From Marsupella aquatica (lineage: Eukaryota; Plantae; Marchantiophyta), in contig OZ316895.1 of NCBI GenBank assembly GCA_973895155.1, forward strand, positions 14,636,716 through 14,700,715: a DNA stretch of 64,000 bases, read 5' to 3'. Under the pieces are notes generated by a model. That model searched no databases and had not been told where the DNA came from. It saw only the letters and a list, made by a program, of their open reading frames with translations. Made by a program: the position numbers and the translations under genes. Of the stretch, positions 1 to 13,430 are shown one piece after another (position 1 is the first letter of the stretch; each line of letters opens with the position of its first letter).

Positions 1-2923
1 TATACTTGGCATTCGTCATGCCTTATCACATTCCACCGAGACTGTAAATCTTGTCAAAACGATCCTAAGCGAAGTCCAGTACTTCATTACACATCCCAAA
101 TCTTGCAGTGGATACATCCAGGTCATGAAAGTGACTGAAAATACTGACAGTTCTTTGTGATTTCTTTCCACAAATTGTTTAAGCTTTTGATTATTTTTGC
201 GTAGGGACTTGAAAGAGCCGAATCAGTCAGTAGAGGCAATGCTCCTGAAGTACACGAGGAAGACTCAGCCATCTGCGAAGTCACCACCTGTTTATACCAC
301 CCGCTGATTTGGTACAGTTGAAGATGTGCCAGGGCAGATACACCATCACTTGACTACCACTTCTTAAGAGCTAAATGCCAGCTCTGTGCAGAACATCAAC
401 CAAGGGTGCAGAGAAACGAGTTTGTAGAAGTCAAGTTACTCTAAATTGCTTCACGTACCGATGATGGATGTACAAAGTGAAAGGGCAAATTAGCTCTTAA
501 TAATCAAACTTCCGTAGTGCTTGTAAGATCTTTTTGTGAATGCTGGGCTTTTCGTGTGAATATTGAGCTTCCATAGCTGCACCTTTGGATGTACTGTCTA
601 CCAGCTTTGAAATGACCAGCCCTTCGTGTTCGAGGTAATTTCTGCCAAATCAGGGTCTCAGAACTAGAACTTTTCATATGACATGCGGATTTGGTCGCTT
701 CTTTCAGCGTGCATCCGACGCAGAAATATTTGTGAAGCAGACAGTCTTCGCCCTTCTCGACATGATAGTTAATATCACCTTCAAACTGCCACTACTTCCG
801 TTTTCAAGGTTTGTTATCCGTCCCTAACTTGTTTAACGCGCTCGCATTATCAAAGTTGACACATAACAGAGCAAGTGTTTTCCAGTTTAGATTGCAGCTT
901 TCAAACGAATCTGACAAATCAGAAGACTTCATGACATCTCCTAAAACAAAGAAAACTCTTGAAGCCTCACTTCATCAAAATTCACTGATAATATACTGTC
1001 AAAGTCTCACAAGTGCCACGACACAGAACTGGTTTGCCCGCCCCAAGCGAGAGGCGAAGTCCAAGAATCGAAATTGTATCAATTTATAACAGATAAGATA
1101 AAATGCATCGTAAATTCTTCGACTGACTGCATTTATCTGAAAATAATGTGTAGCATTCTATAGAGACCAATCTCCCCTAGTTGCGCGGGTATAGATTTCA
1201 ATAGATGTTCATATTTGGTACCTTCGACTAGAACGGTGCATTCAAGAGAAAAGGCATTCATCAAACCTCCTGTCTATTAGGTGACGACAGGGTCAGTCGG
1301 GAGAAACTTGAAATCATACGATCGTCTAATCATTGCCCACCTTATCACTGGACTTAAAGGCATCAATGCCCAGCTTAGTTACTTCCGAGACGTTGCTATG
1401 CTAGCCTTTTAAGCTCAGAATCTCCCACAACCTTCTGACTATTTCGAGTTTGTCTTCTCCTCGTCCTCTTCTTCTCAGTCAGCATCAATCTACAATTTAG
1501 CTGGGCGGAGCCTACTTGAGCAGTACGTGCAAATAATGAAAGTTTTCAGTGCACCTGAAGCTTTTGCCAGCACCCGCTTCGAATTGGAGCAGATTGGCTA
1601 GCCCCAGGACGCAACACGTCAGACGATTTCTGAAAGTGCAACGCAGACTAAACTAGATTGCTGACATTGCCGACACGTGGAGAATACATTATAGTCATCT
1701 ACAAGTTTCTCAAGCACTCCGGGTTCAGCAATTATTCCCCATTCTCAGTGTCGAAAGGCAACAGAATCAAATGCCAAAAATCCGGTACATATTGATTCGC
1801 ACGTGGAGTAATCCATTGAGCACGGAAGTAATCACTGTCATGAAGAAACATATAAGCAGCTCTCACGCCAATTCTTCTATGAAATTTCTAGAATTGAATG
1901 CCTATGGAAACCACAACTACCAATTCCAAGTTGGAAAACGTCCGAGACAACTACTGACACGAGATGTATCCAAAAGTCACCTGGTTCTTCATGGCCATCA
2001 ACTTGTGTTCTTCGTGTAGCCTACAAATCCAAATCGAGCTTGCTTCTCCTCGCTAATGAGAAGGTGGGAATGCTGTGGAGATAAACCCTAAGTCGACTTC
2101 TGTGCGGCACTCATAGGGGATGAGACTCCTGTTCCAACTCCTGGAATATCTTTAGGATTGAGAGTCTTCGTCACTGTCTGGACTGATGGTGGAGAAGTCG
2201 AGGTCGAGCCACGGACAGGAGTCATAGTCGACTGGCATGGCGCAGGAAGGTACTGTCCAAATGCGAATGAGCAGATATATAAGTTGCTCATACATTGGAT
2301 ATCGAGGGGAAGATTTGTATCCTCTGGTAAATGTGGGGCCTCCACTTGAGTGAAGGAGTAGCAACAGATCTCAGCACGTATCGTTCCAGGAGCTGTGAGG
2401 TAGCTGAAGCACGGCATGATGCACTCGCACACATCTCTGCTAGCTCCAAATTCCCAGCCCAAGCATAGGAATGAACAATGACTAAAGCACCCGTTGTCCA
2501 AGCATCCACCGGGATGGCAGCAGCCCATCTCCTCGACCACTACCCTTCAAACGGAATGCTCCTACCTCGATTTACCACCAACGCAAGCCAATCATAATCG
2601 ATTCTGCCCGATTCCTTTAAGTAAATTGTCTTCTATAGGAGCCCTGATGAAGGGATCAGGAATTGAGACAATCTGGACTCCTCCATTTCAGTCACCACAT
2701 TGCCGCTACATGTGATAATAGGATCTGGACCCTAAAGTACTCTGTAGTCTACGCAAGCTCCCAAAAAGGACCGCAAACTCCAATCCACAAATTCACAGCA
2801 CCAGAACTAATCGATTACTGAGTAAGAGCAGTTTTCTGACCATAATGGGCTGAGAATCCAACAGAGAAAACTACGGGCGCGAGCCCTTTCGAAAAACTGT
2901 AAAAGCAGAGCATTGTCCAGGGC

Positions 2924-2950
2924 CTCTCTCTCTCTCTCTCTCTCTCTCTC
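2924..2950. repeat. (CT)n microsatellite
   Basis: About 13 CT units seen directly. Confidence 0.9.
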
Positions 2951-3410
2951 CAGTTTCACAAATCCGACGAGACATTTGTTTGCACAGAATTCCAACTCAT
3001 GGCATCCGGGATCTCCAGAACACGAAGCAAGGAAATGCCCAAACTCGGGTACGAAGAAACTGGGCGAACCGCCAGAATGGATCCCGAGCGTCCGGAATCA
3101 GTCAGTCAACTGAACGGAAACAGAACATCAATCGTACAGGACAGCTCAGTGATTGCACTTCCCAGTCTCACAGACCTCACCAGTCCAGCTTCCGCACTCG
3201 TCCGTGCTCCCTCTTCTCTGGTCACGCGATGTCTCCCGCATTAATGCCAAATCTTTGCAACAAAATCGTTGCAGCGGATGCATCATCAGCTCAGGAAGTT
3301 CATGGGGCACGTCTTGGAAGACGAGTGGGGACGCTGATCCAGTGACGCCCAACTAGGTGTACCTACTTGACGAGCAAGTGACGTTCCTTCTCCTTTTTCA
3401 TCTCCTTTTC

Positions 3411-3499
3411 AGGTTCCGGATCTCACTACTCATACGAAGGACTACGCCATCGCAAGGTTCCGGATCTCACTACTCCTACGAAGGATTACGCCATCGCAA
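3411..3499. repeat. Two-copy 44-bp tandem duplication
   Basis: aggttccggatctcactactc(a/c)tacgaagga(c/t)tacgccatcgca occurs twice. Confidence 0.9.
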
Positions 3500-3735
3500 A
3501 CAAGATTCCTGAGTTGTGTACTCACCACTGTTCAGCACAGCGGTGACCATTACGTAGTTCGGAAGTTTCCTCCGAATTCAGGAGCTTTTTTATTGCACCC
3601 CCAAAAAAGCCAACAGGCAGAGTCAATCAATAATGGCATAAGGGGCTTTACAAGAGTACAAGTGCAGGCTCACGGGAAGATACCCAACCCTGCAGTTATC
3701 CAGGTTGTGCACTTCATCATAATTGCATATTGTAC

Positions 3736-3825
3736 TTCTCCATATGTGCCTGTTGCACTTTCCAATAAGTGCATATGAAATTCTCCATATGTCCCTGTTC
3801 CACTTTCCAATAAGTGCATATGAAA
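3736..3825. repeat. Two-copy 45-bp tandem duplication
   Basis: ttctccatatgt(g/c)cctgtt(g/c)cactttccaataagtgcatatgaaa occurs twice. Confidence 0.9.
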
Positions 3826-6800
3826 TAGCTTATAACTTGACCAGTCAGTTGTGTTTTAAGATACCTGATCCACAGGTCCATTTTGACTCTCTCGCCTTCT
3901 GACAAAAAGGTGCACAGGTAGTGCATCTAATAGTGTGTTTCAGAATGAAAAGAGACCGAACTCCAGTCGGATTGAGAAAAATCCAATGTCAAGAGCTGGT
4001 CCCTCTAATGGTCCAAACTTCACCACAATCTAAGAGTAATGGCAGCCAGTCCAAAGTTACTTTTCAGGCCTTTTGTCTAAAGTCATGCTCTAGATTTCAC
4101 TTATGGTCCAAAGTCAGCTTTACAAGTGAAATTGGGGAGAGAGTGAAAATTAGGTACTAGGCAGGGTGGGGTTGAGACTTAATGGGTCAGGGACTTAATG
4201 TAGTACTAGTGACCCTATTTATGTCAATATTTAGTAACCTTGGAAATTTTGTAATGTAACTGTGACTTTACATAACCCTTAGATTAGAAAAAAATGACTT
4301 ATAATGATTAGCTTAAATGAAATAGATGTTAAAACAACTTCATTTGTTAGCACCCATGTCTTTAATTATACAAGTTGGGGCTCGAGTGGACCAGAATTAC
4401 ACTACACAAGCATTTTGGCACCCACTCCTGTCCATGTACGATTGAATGTGACAATTCTTGTACAAGTGACTTCCATCAATTTCATCTAAAGCCAAAATGG
4501 ATAAGTTACATGTATGAACAGTTATGATGATATTAATCTACTAACTATCACAATCTTGGAAATCTTGGAATGGACCTTTGTTGTTTCATGTAAGTTTCCA
4601 TATAGCAGCATAAAAATAAAATCATGTAAGTTTTCACTAAGGGAGAGGCCCGCATTGCAACCAAAGGTGGTAACTCCTAGACCTCATCTATTGGTAGTTT
4701 GGACCATTCCCTAGTAGCAAGTTCTGAACTTCAATATGCCCACAAACTACACATTTCACTCTCTTTTTGGGTCCTGGAGTCAAGAGAAATACATCCATCA
4801 CCAGCATTAGTTAAAATCAGAGAAATCAATGCCCACACACAGATCTTTCCTGAGTAGTTTACGCAAGAAAATCCCATTATACCCCATTGGCGAGATTATT
4901 AAACCAGAGTCACAAAATCATGGTAAACCAGGGACCGACAACAATTATATTACTTTCTTTGTTGGGCAGTTTGCCAAGGTTCACCGAAAAGGAGACTTTT
5001 GGTATCCTTTGCTTTAGTTTGTAGCCTGCCCCATTTTTATCACGCGGCCCAAGAAACTGAAACCGTAAATCTGAAGGGCTGTCATGGATTCCCTTGAAAT
5101 TAAAGCTAGTGTGTAAACCTCCCACCACTCATTCAATTTGGCAAGATTGGATATTAGAGTGGCTGATAATCTGCACATCACACTCACCACTTATCCCATG
5201 GCTATAGCTGATCGTCTTGGCCCACGACCTCCTCTAAAAGGGCTGTTCTGGCTGGCATAGCCGCCAGGCAAGGGTTCTCGAAACTTACAAATCCCATTAC
5301 GATTTTGGAACATCACGATCCATTACAACCTCGCACGACGGGGTTTGTCACATACTGCAAGTTCATCTAACATGCATATGCTTTTCCTTCATGCTTGGCT
5401 TGCCGAGCTCTCGGCCGAGCTGCTTCGAGGAACCTGTCAATTATGAACGTCTCCATCGATCGATACATGTGAGCGACAGTTTCTGGATCGAGATCGATCT
5501 CACCAGCTTGCATAGAAGCCTCACGATGAGCGTCAACAATGCGAATTGCACAAACCGGCTCGTTCACCTGGTTGAATAATGCCAATCCTAGTAGAGAGTT
5601 CGTAGCTGTTTTCGGTTAACATTTCGGGTACAGTTCCTATCACAAAGCAAGGACCTACGTCGCAAATTACAGGTTATCTGACGAATAGGTTCGAAGCCTT
5701 ATTGAATGCTAATCTACTCATACAAGTGAGCTCGGTGTAGTAACGATTCGAGGAAGGTGTTATCTAACTTGAACAGTGTGATGATAAGGATTGCGTCACT
5801 TCCCGGGTGACTGCCATTTGAAGTTCAATTCAGTGAAGGTAGATCACAACACCAAATGACCGGAAAATTTGCTGTACCTGTTCGTACTTGCTTCTAAGTG
5901 AAGGTATGTGCTCTTCAAAAGTACTCCTGAAAGTACTCATTTTATTTTGGATTCCCACTTAAGATCTAATTTAATTCTCTCCCTTTGTTTCTTCTGGTCG
6001 TTCCATGGGAGTACCATCAATGCAGTACTTGTCAAAGGTGATCTCGGGAGACATGACCTTTGGAGTCTCAATGACTACAACTGGTCAGAGCTCCACCGTC
6101 CAGCTTGCTGGAGTTCCGTATTGTATCTCTGCTAACCCTTTAATGGTCCATCTTCCAAACTAGCCTCGAAATAGATACCATTTCTCAATCTACTCGACAG
6201 ACCTTGCGATTGGCAGATCGTCAGCTGAAGTCTTCAGTACTGCTAAATTAGACTCTTGGGTATTAGCGTAGTAAAAGCCATTCTGTAGCTTAACTTTGAA
6301 CTTACCAGGCATTTAAAAATAGATCAATCAGACGAATAGAACACCGATTCATATCTTTCTGGTCAATTTCTCGAGTGAGTTCAGAAACTGAAATTGATGC
6401 TTGTGTGTTACAATTGAAAGCTAGCTAAAAGTACTGTCTAAAATCGCCGTCAATCTAATTTTCCGGAAGAATACTTGGATCTCTAGCTACAAGAAAGGGA
6501 GGCCGGGTAGTCTAGAGGCTTGGGTCAAATAGAGTTCATTTTCTACACGTTGGAAATCCATCATGATTGAGTGAGCCCCAGCTTCCTGTATGCGATTATG
6601 AGCGAGCTTTCATTGGATTGAGACAGCTTTCTCAGATCGTGGCCCTGTAGGTGGAAATCCCAAACCTGATCCACTTCTTCAACCAAAATGCGGTGGTTTG
6701 CAATACTTGCTGTGCTACAACGCGAATGTCCTGCAAAACTGGTGGGAAACTCCAAAGTATGGGGAGGGAGTCGGACTTCTTGCACGTGCCAGCAAACCAG

Positions 6801-6958
6801 ATGAGATAAATTTGAAATCCAGTCTAGAGTTTACATTCCTGACTTTATATAGTAGTGAATTCTTACCTTCACATATTTAAAGCTTCCCCATTATTTAATT
6901 TTCTGAGGCTCTAAAACCAGAGACCTGAGACTGAACGTAATTGCATAATTATAAAGAA

Positions 6959-7492
6959 ATGCGGGTGTGTAGCGAGACCTGCACATGTGGTCGGGGCAGA
7001 CTTCAGGAATTGTCAAAGCTTGCAGTACTCCTCATCACCACTCTCCCATTTGCTCTTCTCTTCATCGCCATTCCCGGTGTGGCTGGCGGCGACACAGACT
7101 TCAGACTAATGATCACAACAGAGCTAGCGGATGGTGTCGATGTGCTTTGTCATTCAGAAGATGGGGCATACCAAACGTCAAAGAGGAAGATCTTGCCTGA
7201 AGATACTGATTACACCGTTCCTTTAGATGAAACCCACCATGTCTACCGGTCTCGTTTCCTTTGTACAGTAATTGACAGTCTGGGTAACGAAATGACGTTC
7301 ACAGCTTGGGACACACGAATTTCTGAGAAGCGCTGGAAATTCCCAGAGATCGACGGTAAGCGAGATGTGAGATGGTCAGTGAACAATGGGGGAGTATGGG
7401 TGTATCTTAAAGGAAGAAACCACGCCAGTTCAATAATGAGGTGGATGTTTACAGGAATTTGGCCACACTTCCAAGTTAAAAATCCTTGGTAG
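6959..7492 (+). CDS. Secreted S-protein homolog (SPH / Self-incompatibility S1-like), single exon
   Basis: Hydrophobic signal segment (LAVLLITTLPFALLFIAIPGVAG), then the SPH pattern ITTEL..VLCHSED..RFLCTV..FTAW..VRWSVNNGGVW..W; ATG at 6959. Confidence 0.65.
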   Translation: MRVCSETCTCGRGRLQELSKLAVLLITTLPFALLFIAIPGVAGGDTDFRLMITTELADGVDVLCHSEDGAYQTSKRKILPEDTDYTVPLDETHHVYRSRFLCTVIDSLGNEMTFTAWDTRISEKRWKFPEIDGKRDVRWSVNNGGVWVYLKGRNHASSIMRWMFTGIWPHFQVKNPW

Positions 7493-10400
7493 TTGCTTGA
7501 TTGAACTCCAGATTCATTTTTATTCCTGTCCGATCTACACTTTGAAATTATAGTTGCACGGGACAATGAGATTTTATGGCAAATAGGTTAGGTGTAACAC
7601 TTGAAGATGGAGTATTGTCAATTTTCGACATTTGAAAAGTTTAAAATTTGTGATTGCCACTTTACTGGCGTTGCCAATAATGTATCTAAGGTATTTGAGT
7701 CTCTTTCTTCGCTTTGGATCATGATATTGATCTACCTTTCATAAATGCGGTATGTAATCACGTAACTGTGACTCTGACTGAATGGATGAAGATAGATACA
7801 ATTCGATCAATGTTAGAGAGCTTTAATTTGACCTAGCGATCGAACATTTTCGAAAGACGATAAATTCCTTACTCGTGCTGGATTTCTGAAGAAACCGCGA
7901 CAGCCGACGCAGAAACGCGAAACTCGATCAATGCCTATGAAGTATGAACGATAAGAACGATCATTAATTAAGTATTAACCGGTGATTGATGCTTTGAAAA
8001 TGGTGCGCCGGCTTTTCAACATCGCCAACTGTTCTTCTCCTCCTCCACAATCAGCTCTTAATCGTCTTCCCTAACGTTGCATTGAACGATCTTGCCAATG
8101 CCTGATGTCTTGCAGTTGACATCCCTACGGGAACACAGGGGAACAATTGCTTTTTTGGCCTGTCTTGCTACCATCAGTATATTTACAACTTCCAGTCGTC
8201 AATTCAAGCTTGGGCTAAATACCCAATGCTGTTGGGAAACACTCACTCCCGATCCTTCCATTCCAACGTTATACTTCTCCTGGGACCGATTTCTCCAAAT
8301 ACTTTCTTGCCCTGGTTCTTACTCCTCCCACAGAATTGTTTTTGAAGCAACAACAGCTTAATTAGTCTTCTTCCCCTTTCTCTTCCTGCACTTTACACTC
8401 AGTCCGCCTACATGTTCCATCCAATTTGGTTTCCGGACACAAGCCGTCTCCGCTCTTCGGAAATTTTTTGCAGCCATTGCTAGTGTGAACAAGACTGGAC
8501 GTATTAAACACCGATTGAATATGAAAACGATACTGACAGATATTCAAGTAACGTTCAAAGGGAGGTATGTGGATGCAAACTTGCATATTAATTAATGCTG
8601 GGCTAAAAGATTACCACAGAATTTGCATCCAGTACAATTCTGTAACTGGCTAATGCCTCAAGCTCTGGGACCGGGATTGATATCTCAAAAGTCCATGAAA
8701 AATAACTTTTATTATCCAACTAATGGGTAGAAACCTGATGAAGCTTGGGTGACGAGACAAGACGAAAATGTTGTCTCGAGGATTTTAGTCTGGATCGTCC
8801 CCGACGCAACATTTTCGTGGTGATTGACACAGGGAACTCAATGCACATAAAGCTTTCACTATAGCTGTGTTCGTAAATTTCATTCCCAAGTCTTTCCTAA
8901 GCATAACTTTGTTATTCCAGCAAACTGACTCAAATAAAAATCACATTAAAGAAAGAAGCAAATTAACGAACTTTGAGATGTTTACAAAATGTCTCTTCCC
9001 GAAACTACACTGCATGCATGACAAGCATCAATGCCACTTTGCTATAGACAATTGACAGATAATTGGTAAATCACTCCATGCAAGATGAGTATGTTACTTG
9101 GATCGATATATATGCAACTTTTGTTTTCTTCTTATTACTGACTTCGTTCAACTTTCCCGATCAACTGTCCCGTTATCGGGAAGTGAGGAGAAAATTAGAG
9201 ATTTGCCTGGCTGTTCCTGAACTGTCTACGATCAGATTTGCTCACGGAATCTGAATCCTAAAGATTTTCCCACATGAAGACATCGGGGTAGAGACAAGAG
9301 CTTTTATGCATGATCCAGGTATTTTGCAACGACGCTAAATTATGCTTTGGACCGATTATCTGAGTGCTTTATGCAAACGAGTCTACTTAAATAGGAAAGC
9401 GCAGAAATTGAAACTAGTTTCTAAGCCATTCCTCAGCTCTAACATCCACCCTCAGCATGCGTATAACTTGCCCGTCTTGTACCATCTAGAAATTGCACAA
9501 AATATTGAACATGTGTGCTCTCTTAGAAATTGTGTACAGGCTCTTGTTGAACGTCTGTCGAATTTGATTTGAAGAATTTGGCTTAATTGGTCCAAATGAG
9601 GGTCCAAATAATCCACAGCATGCATCAAATCGGATATCTTTGATCCGTTGCCTGGAAGAACAAAAGTCAAATTAATCGCGATCCTGCAGACACACGGGAT
9701 GCAAGGCCTACTGTATACACTTAAACATATATTACGCGAGATATCATTTTTTGCTGGGAAAACGGAGCTTTGTTCAATCCCGCCTTACTCACTGAGCCAT
9801 GGATGGCTACTGGGTACTCGCAATGTTAGCACTGCATGGTATCACTCAGATGAGATTTTGAACTGGTCCATATCTGATGGCGCTACATCTATACACTCGC
9901 GGAGCTCTGAAACGGGAGTTTGGAATGACTGTGTTCTGACAAGACGTAACGGGCTGTAGTCTGGCAAGCGCGAGAAGTAGAAAGTGGAAGAGATGAGACA
10001 TTGCGGCGGGAGAGCTTCCCTACCATTCTCGGGAATCGACATGGGAAGGCATGGATAGTCTCTAGTGCACACTACAGTAGATCGAGCATGTCAAGTTTCG
10101 GCTTGAACATGTCAAGTTCCGGCTTAGTTGTGTTTATGGGAGGGCCCGGAAGAACACTCTTAGGGGCTGGCCTATAAGATTAACAAATCAGAACCCCATA
10201 GCCCACCTGAAATCCAAGCAATTAGGCACAGGTTTTTGTTGTTGTTTTGTGAGTAGTAATTCTTTGAGATGACTCAAATTCTTACGACCTACCTTAGCTC
10301 ATTAAAAAGATAACTAAATTGGCTTTCTAAAGAGGTTTGGATCCATTCCAAGGAGAAGTGAGAAAGTTATGAGTCCCACAAGCCACAGGGGTCATGTGTT

Positions 10401-11871
10401 TAGTGTCTGATTTCAAGTGTCTGATTTCAGACTATGGCTTTTCTTTATGATTGCGGTGTTCCATTAATAAGCTACTTAGTTACAGGATACATTTTTTACC
10501 CATAGTGTTGATGATCATGCCCCAGCTTTCACACGCCCTATTGTTTCACACAGCTAATCTGGGTATCCAGTGGATAATCTGGGTATCCAGTCGATAACTT
10601 GACTTAGTAACCATCGGTTTACTTGCTGTGAGTTAGCTACTAAGAGTAGAGATACTTGCTGAGTTAGCTTTAGTAGAGAAAATCGACGCACTCATATTTA
10701 GTACCTTTTTCTATTTTGTAAGGTGTCTAAGAGAACAAATACTAAGCAGGACTGGGTAGATAAGCCAGATTTAAATCTCAGAAATTGACTCATTACTTCA
10801 AACATTCCTACCTTTGTGGTCAACTAAAGAAGCCGAAGATTTTCTTGCGAAACTTGCGAAAAGTCAAAAAGACAACTCAGCAATATCAGATTTTTTGGAA
10901 CTACTTATCTCCCTGTTTATCTGCTTAATTGTTTACTAGAAAATTTGTCTGGCCCAAAACAAAAGACACTCGATAGTTTTAAAACAGAAGTGATCGTGCA
11001 AGTCTCCGGGATTACTTACTAGTACTCTCTGTGCATACTTATATACTAAGTTGCATTGGAAAGAAAGTTTGAATGCAATGAGCTTTAACTATAACAGGCT
11101 GTACGTTTCATTCAGCTACGCAAGGCTCGCATTAGCAATGTCATGATGGCAGTTTCATGAAGACAAGATATTACAAGCAAATCAGCCTGGTTCGATCAAC
11201 TTCATGCTACAAAATGTTATTTATATGAATCGTTTCGAATATACAAAATGACATCCAACGATGACCCCAAAATTTGCGCAGAAATGCACACCAAGCTAGT
11301 GCCCTTCGATCGCGCAGGAGATCGCAATCATTGACCATTAGCGGTACAACCCTTACTGGTAACTATTCTGATTGCATCTTTGTCACTGAACCGAGAAGTA
11401 AAGCTAATACATCCACTAACTAGTACATTAATATGCACAAAATTACTATAATGTTGCCGAAGAAGAAATTAACGGCACAAATTGCTGTCTTGAAACAAAG
11501 ATCATTCTTGAATAATCCGTGATGCATTCTAGGTTACCTTCGGAATGAACCAATGTAATTTGACTGAGACATGTCAAGGCAAAAACAAATCCACCGAGGC
11601 ATAGAACGCGGTTACCCAGAATATCAGGGAAACATTCCTCCTATAGAAAATGCAATGGAGACTGACCAAGAGATCAATCTTCTCTCTATCAAGGCCCTAA
11701 AAGCCCAACCAGGGCGGACTATCAGTGTCATCTGGACTGTAATCGGCTTGATTCTGTCAGTCAGACAAGAAAAAAATTAATGCTATGCCTTCGGGAGATC
11801 AGATTCTCCCTCAGAGTCGTGATGAATGTCTGCTGGGCACTTTCCGTCTCCAGCTTCTCCCTCCTTCGAAT

Positions 11872-12909
11872 TCAGATGCTTGATGCATCCCGGGCGCTTT
11901 TGCCATCATCTGATTCTCCCTTAGACTCGAGGTCCACAACCACTGGATTCTTCCCATCACCAGTTTGTCGCTTAGACTCGACATCGACGCCCACTGGACT
12001 CTTCCCGTCCTCAGCTTGTGTCGTAGACTCGAGGTCAACGACAACTGGACTCTTCCCGTCACCAGCTTTTCCCTTACAGTCAGAATTGAGATCAACGACC
12101 AGTACTGGACTCTTTCCAACATCAGCTTCTCCCTCAAAATCCGGATCGGTGAGAACTGGACTCTTGCCGCCATCATCTCCATCAGAGCTGAGATCGATAA
12201 ACACTGGGTTCTTGATCTCATTATGTCCATCAGAGCCGAAATCAGTGGACACTGGGTTCTTGCCGTCCTCAGCTTCTCCCGGAGAGTAAGAATCTGTAAA
12301 CATAGGGCTGTTGCCGTCATCATCTCCATCATAGTCGAAATCGCGATCGGTAGACACTGGGCCCTTGCGGTCATCAGATTCTCCCCGAGAGTCAGGACCA
12401 GTAAATATGGGGCTGTACATATTGCCGTCATCAGGACCAGTAAACATGGGGCTGTACATGTTGCCGTCATCCGACTCTCCCGGAGAGTTTGAATCAGTAT
12501 GCATTAGCTTGTTTGCTTCATCAGAGTCTTCGTCTGAGTCCAAATCGATAAACACTGGGCTCTTGCGGTCATCATCTCCATCATAGTCGAAATCGGTAGA
12601 TCTTGGGCTCTTGCCGTCATCAGATTCTCCCGGAGAGTCAGGACCAGTAAACATGGGGCTGTGGCCGTCATCAAACTCTCCCGGAAAGTTTGAATTAGTA
12701 TGCATTAGATTGTTTGCTTCATCAAATTCTTCCTCTGAGTCCAAATCGATAAACACTGGGCTCTTCCGGTCATCCTCTCCATCAGAGGAGAGATCGATAA
12801 ACACTGGGCGCTTACTGTCATCATTCCCAACAGAGTCGAGCTTGATAAACCCTGCGCTCTTACCGCCGTCATCAGATTCCCCCTGAGAGGTTGGCGTCCT
12901 CGTCGGCAT
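11872..12909 (-). CDS. Acidic low-complexity repeat protein with ~7 SUMO-interacting-motif-like units (poly-SIM); probable frameshift near the 3' end
   Basis: 345-aa ORF with repeated SPVFIDL(D/S)S[DE]n and SPVVVDLES units; probable 5'UTR intron acceptor near 12938; paralog at 20428-21111. Confidence 0.6.
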   Translation of the reverse strand: MPTRTPTSQGESDDGGKSAGFIKLDSVGNDDSKRPVFIDLSSDGEDDRKSPVFIDLDSEEEFDEANNLMHTNSNFPGEFDDGHSPMFTGPDSPGESDDGKSPRSTDFDYDGDDDRKSPVFIDLDSDEDSDEANKLMHTDSNSPGESDDGNMYSPMFTGPDDGNMYSPIFTGPDSRGESDDRKGPVSTDRDFDYDGDDDGNSPMFTDSYSPGEAEDGKNPVSTDFGSDGHNEIKNPVFIDLSSDGDDGGKSPVLTDPDFEGEADVGKSPVLVVDLNSDCKGKAGDGKSPVVVDLESTTQAEDGKSPVGVDVESKRQTGDGKNPVVVDLESKGESDDGKSARDASSI

Positions 12910-13133
12910 CTCTCTTGGTCGTCTAGATATTATATTCCTGTCGCAACATCAAACATGCATTGTTAGTAATTGGCCGCTGGACACAGCCGGAATTGCCTCT
13001 TCTGTGGACAAATCATCCCCGGCTGTTCACGCTTTGTTCTCTCTCTAGACAAAGCGTGATGCCACCATGTTAAGTTTCTCGATACATCTATTTTTCGCAC
13101 ACACACACCGTTGAACAGACTGCAATATCTTCC

Positions 13134-13430
13134 GACCGCCTCTCACTAACTCCTAAGCAGGCTATCGCTAAATTATACTACTGGAAATACAAAAACGACC
13201 AAACCGAGTACTTACGGAGGCTGCAATCAAACGCCCGATAAATGCCCGATAAAGCCTCATTAGAGTGGCATGATTGAAAACTAACGACCGCCTGTCACAA
13301 ACTCCTAAGCAGGCTATTGCTAAATTATACTACTGGACATACATAAACGATCAAACCGAGCACTTACGGAGGCTGCAATCAAACGCCCGATAAAGCCTCA
13401 TTAGCTAGAGTGGCATGATTGAAAACTAAC
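13134..13430. repeat. Two-copy ~150-bp tandem duplication upstream of the poly-SIM ORF
   Basis: gaccgcct..ctcctaagcaggctat..cttacggaggctgcaatcaaacgcccgataaa..gaaaactaac occurs twice. Confidence 0.9.

Noticed and set aside
2288-2509. PPR-like fragment (WTTGALVIVHSYAWAGNLELA)
   Set aside because: Single weak motif, no tandem repeats and no supportable gene model.
5367-5585. 72-aa ORF with protein-like composition
   Set aside because: No recognisable motif or linked exons; cannot be supported.
11780-12886. Plus-strand and alternative-frame ORFs over the poly-SIM gene
   Set aside because: Shadows of a repetitive in-frame coding sequence.
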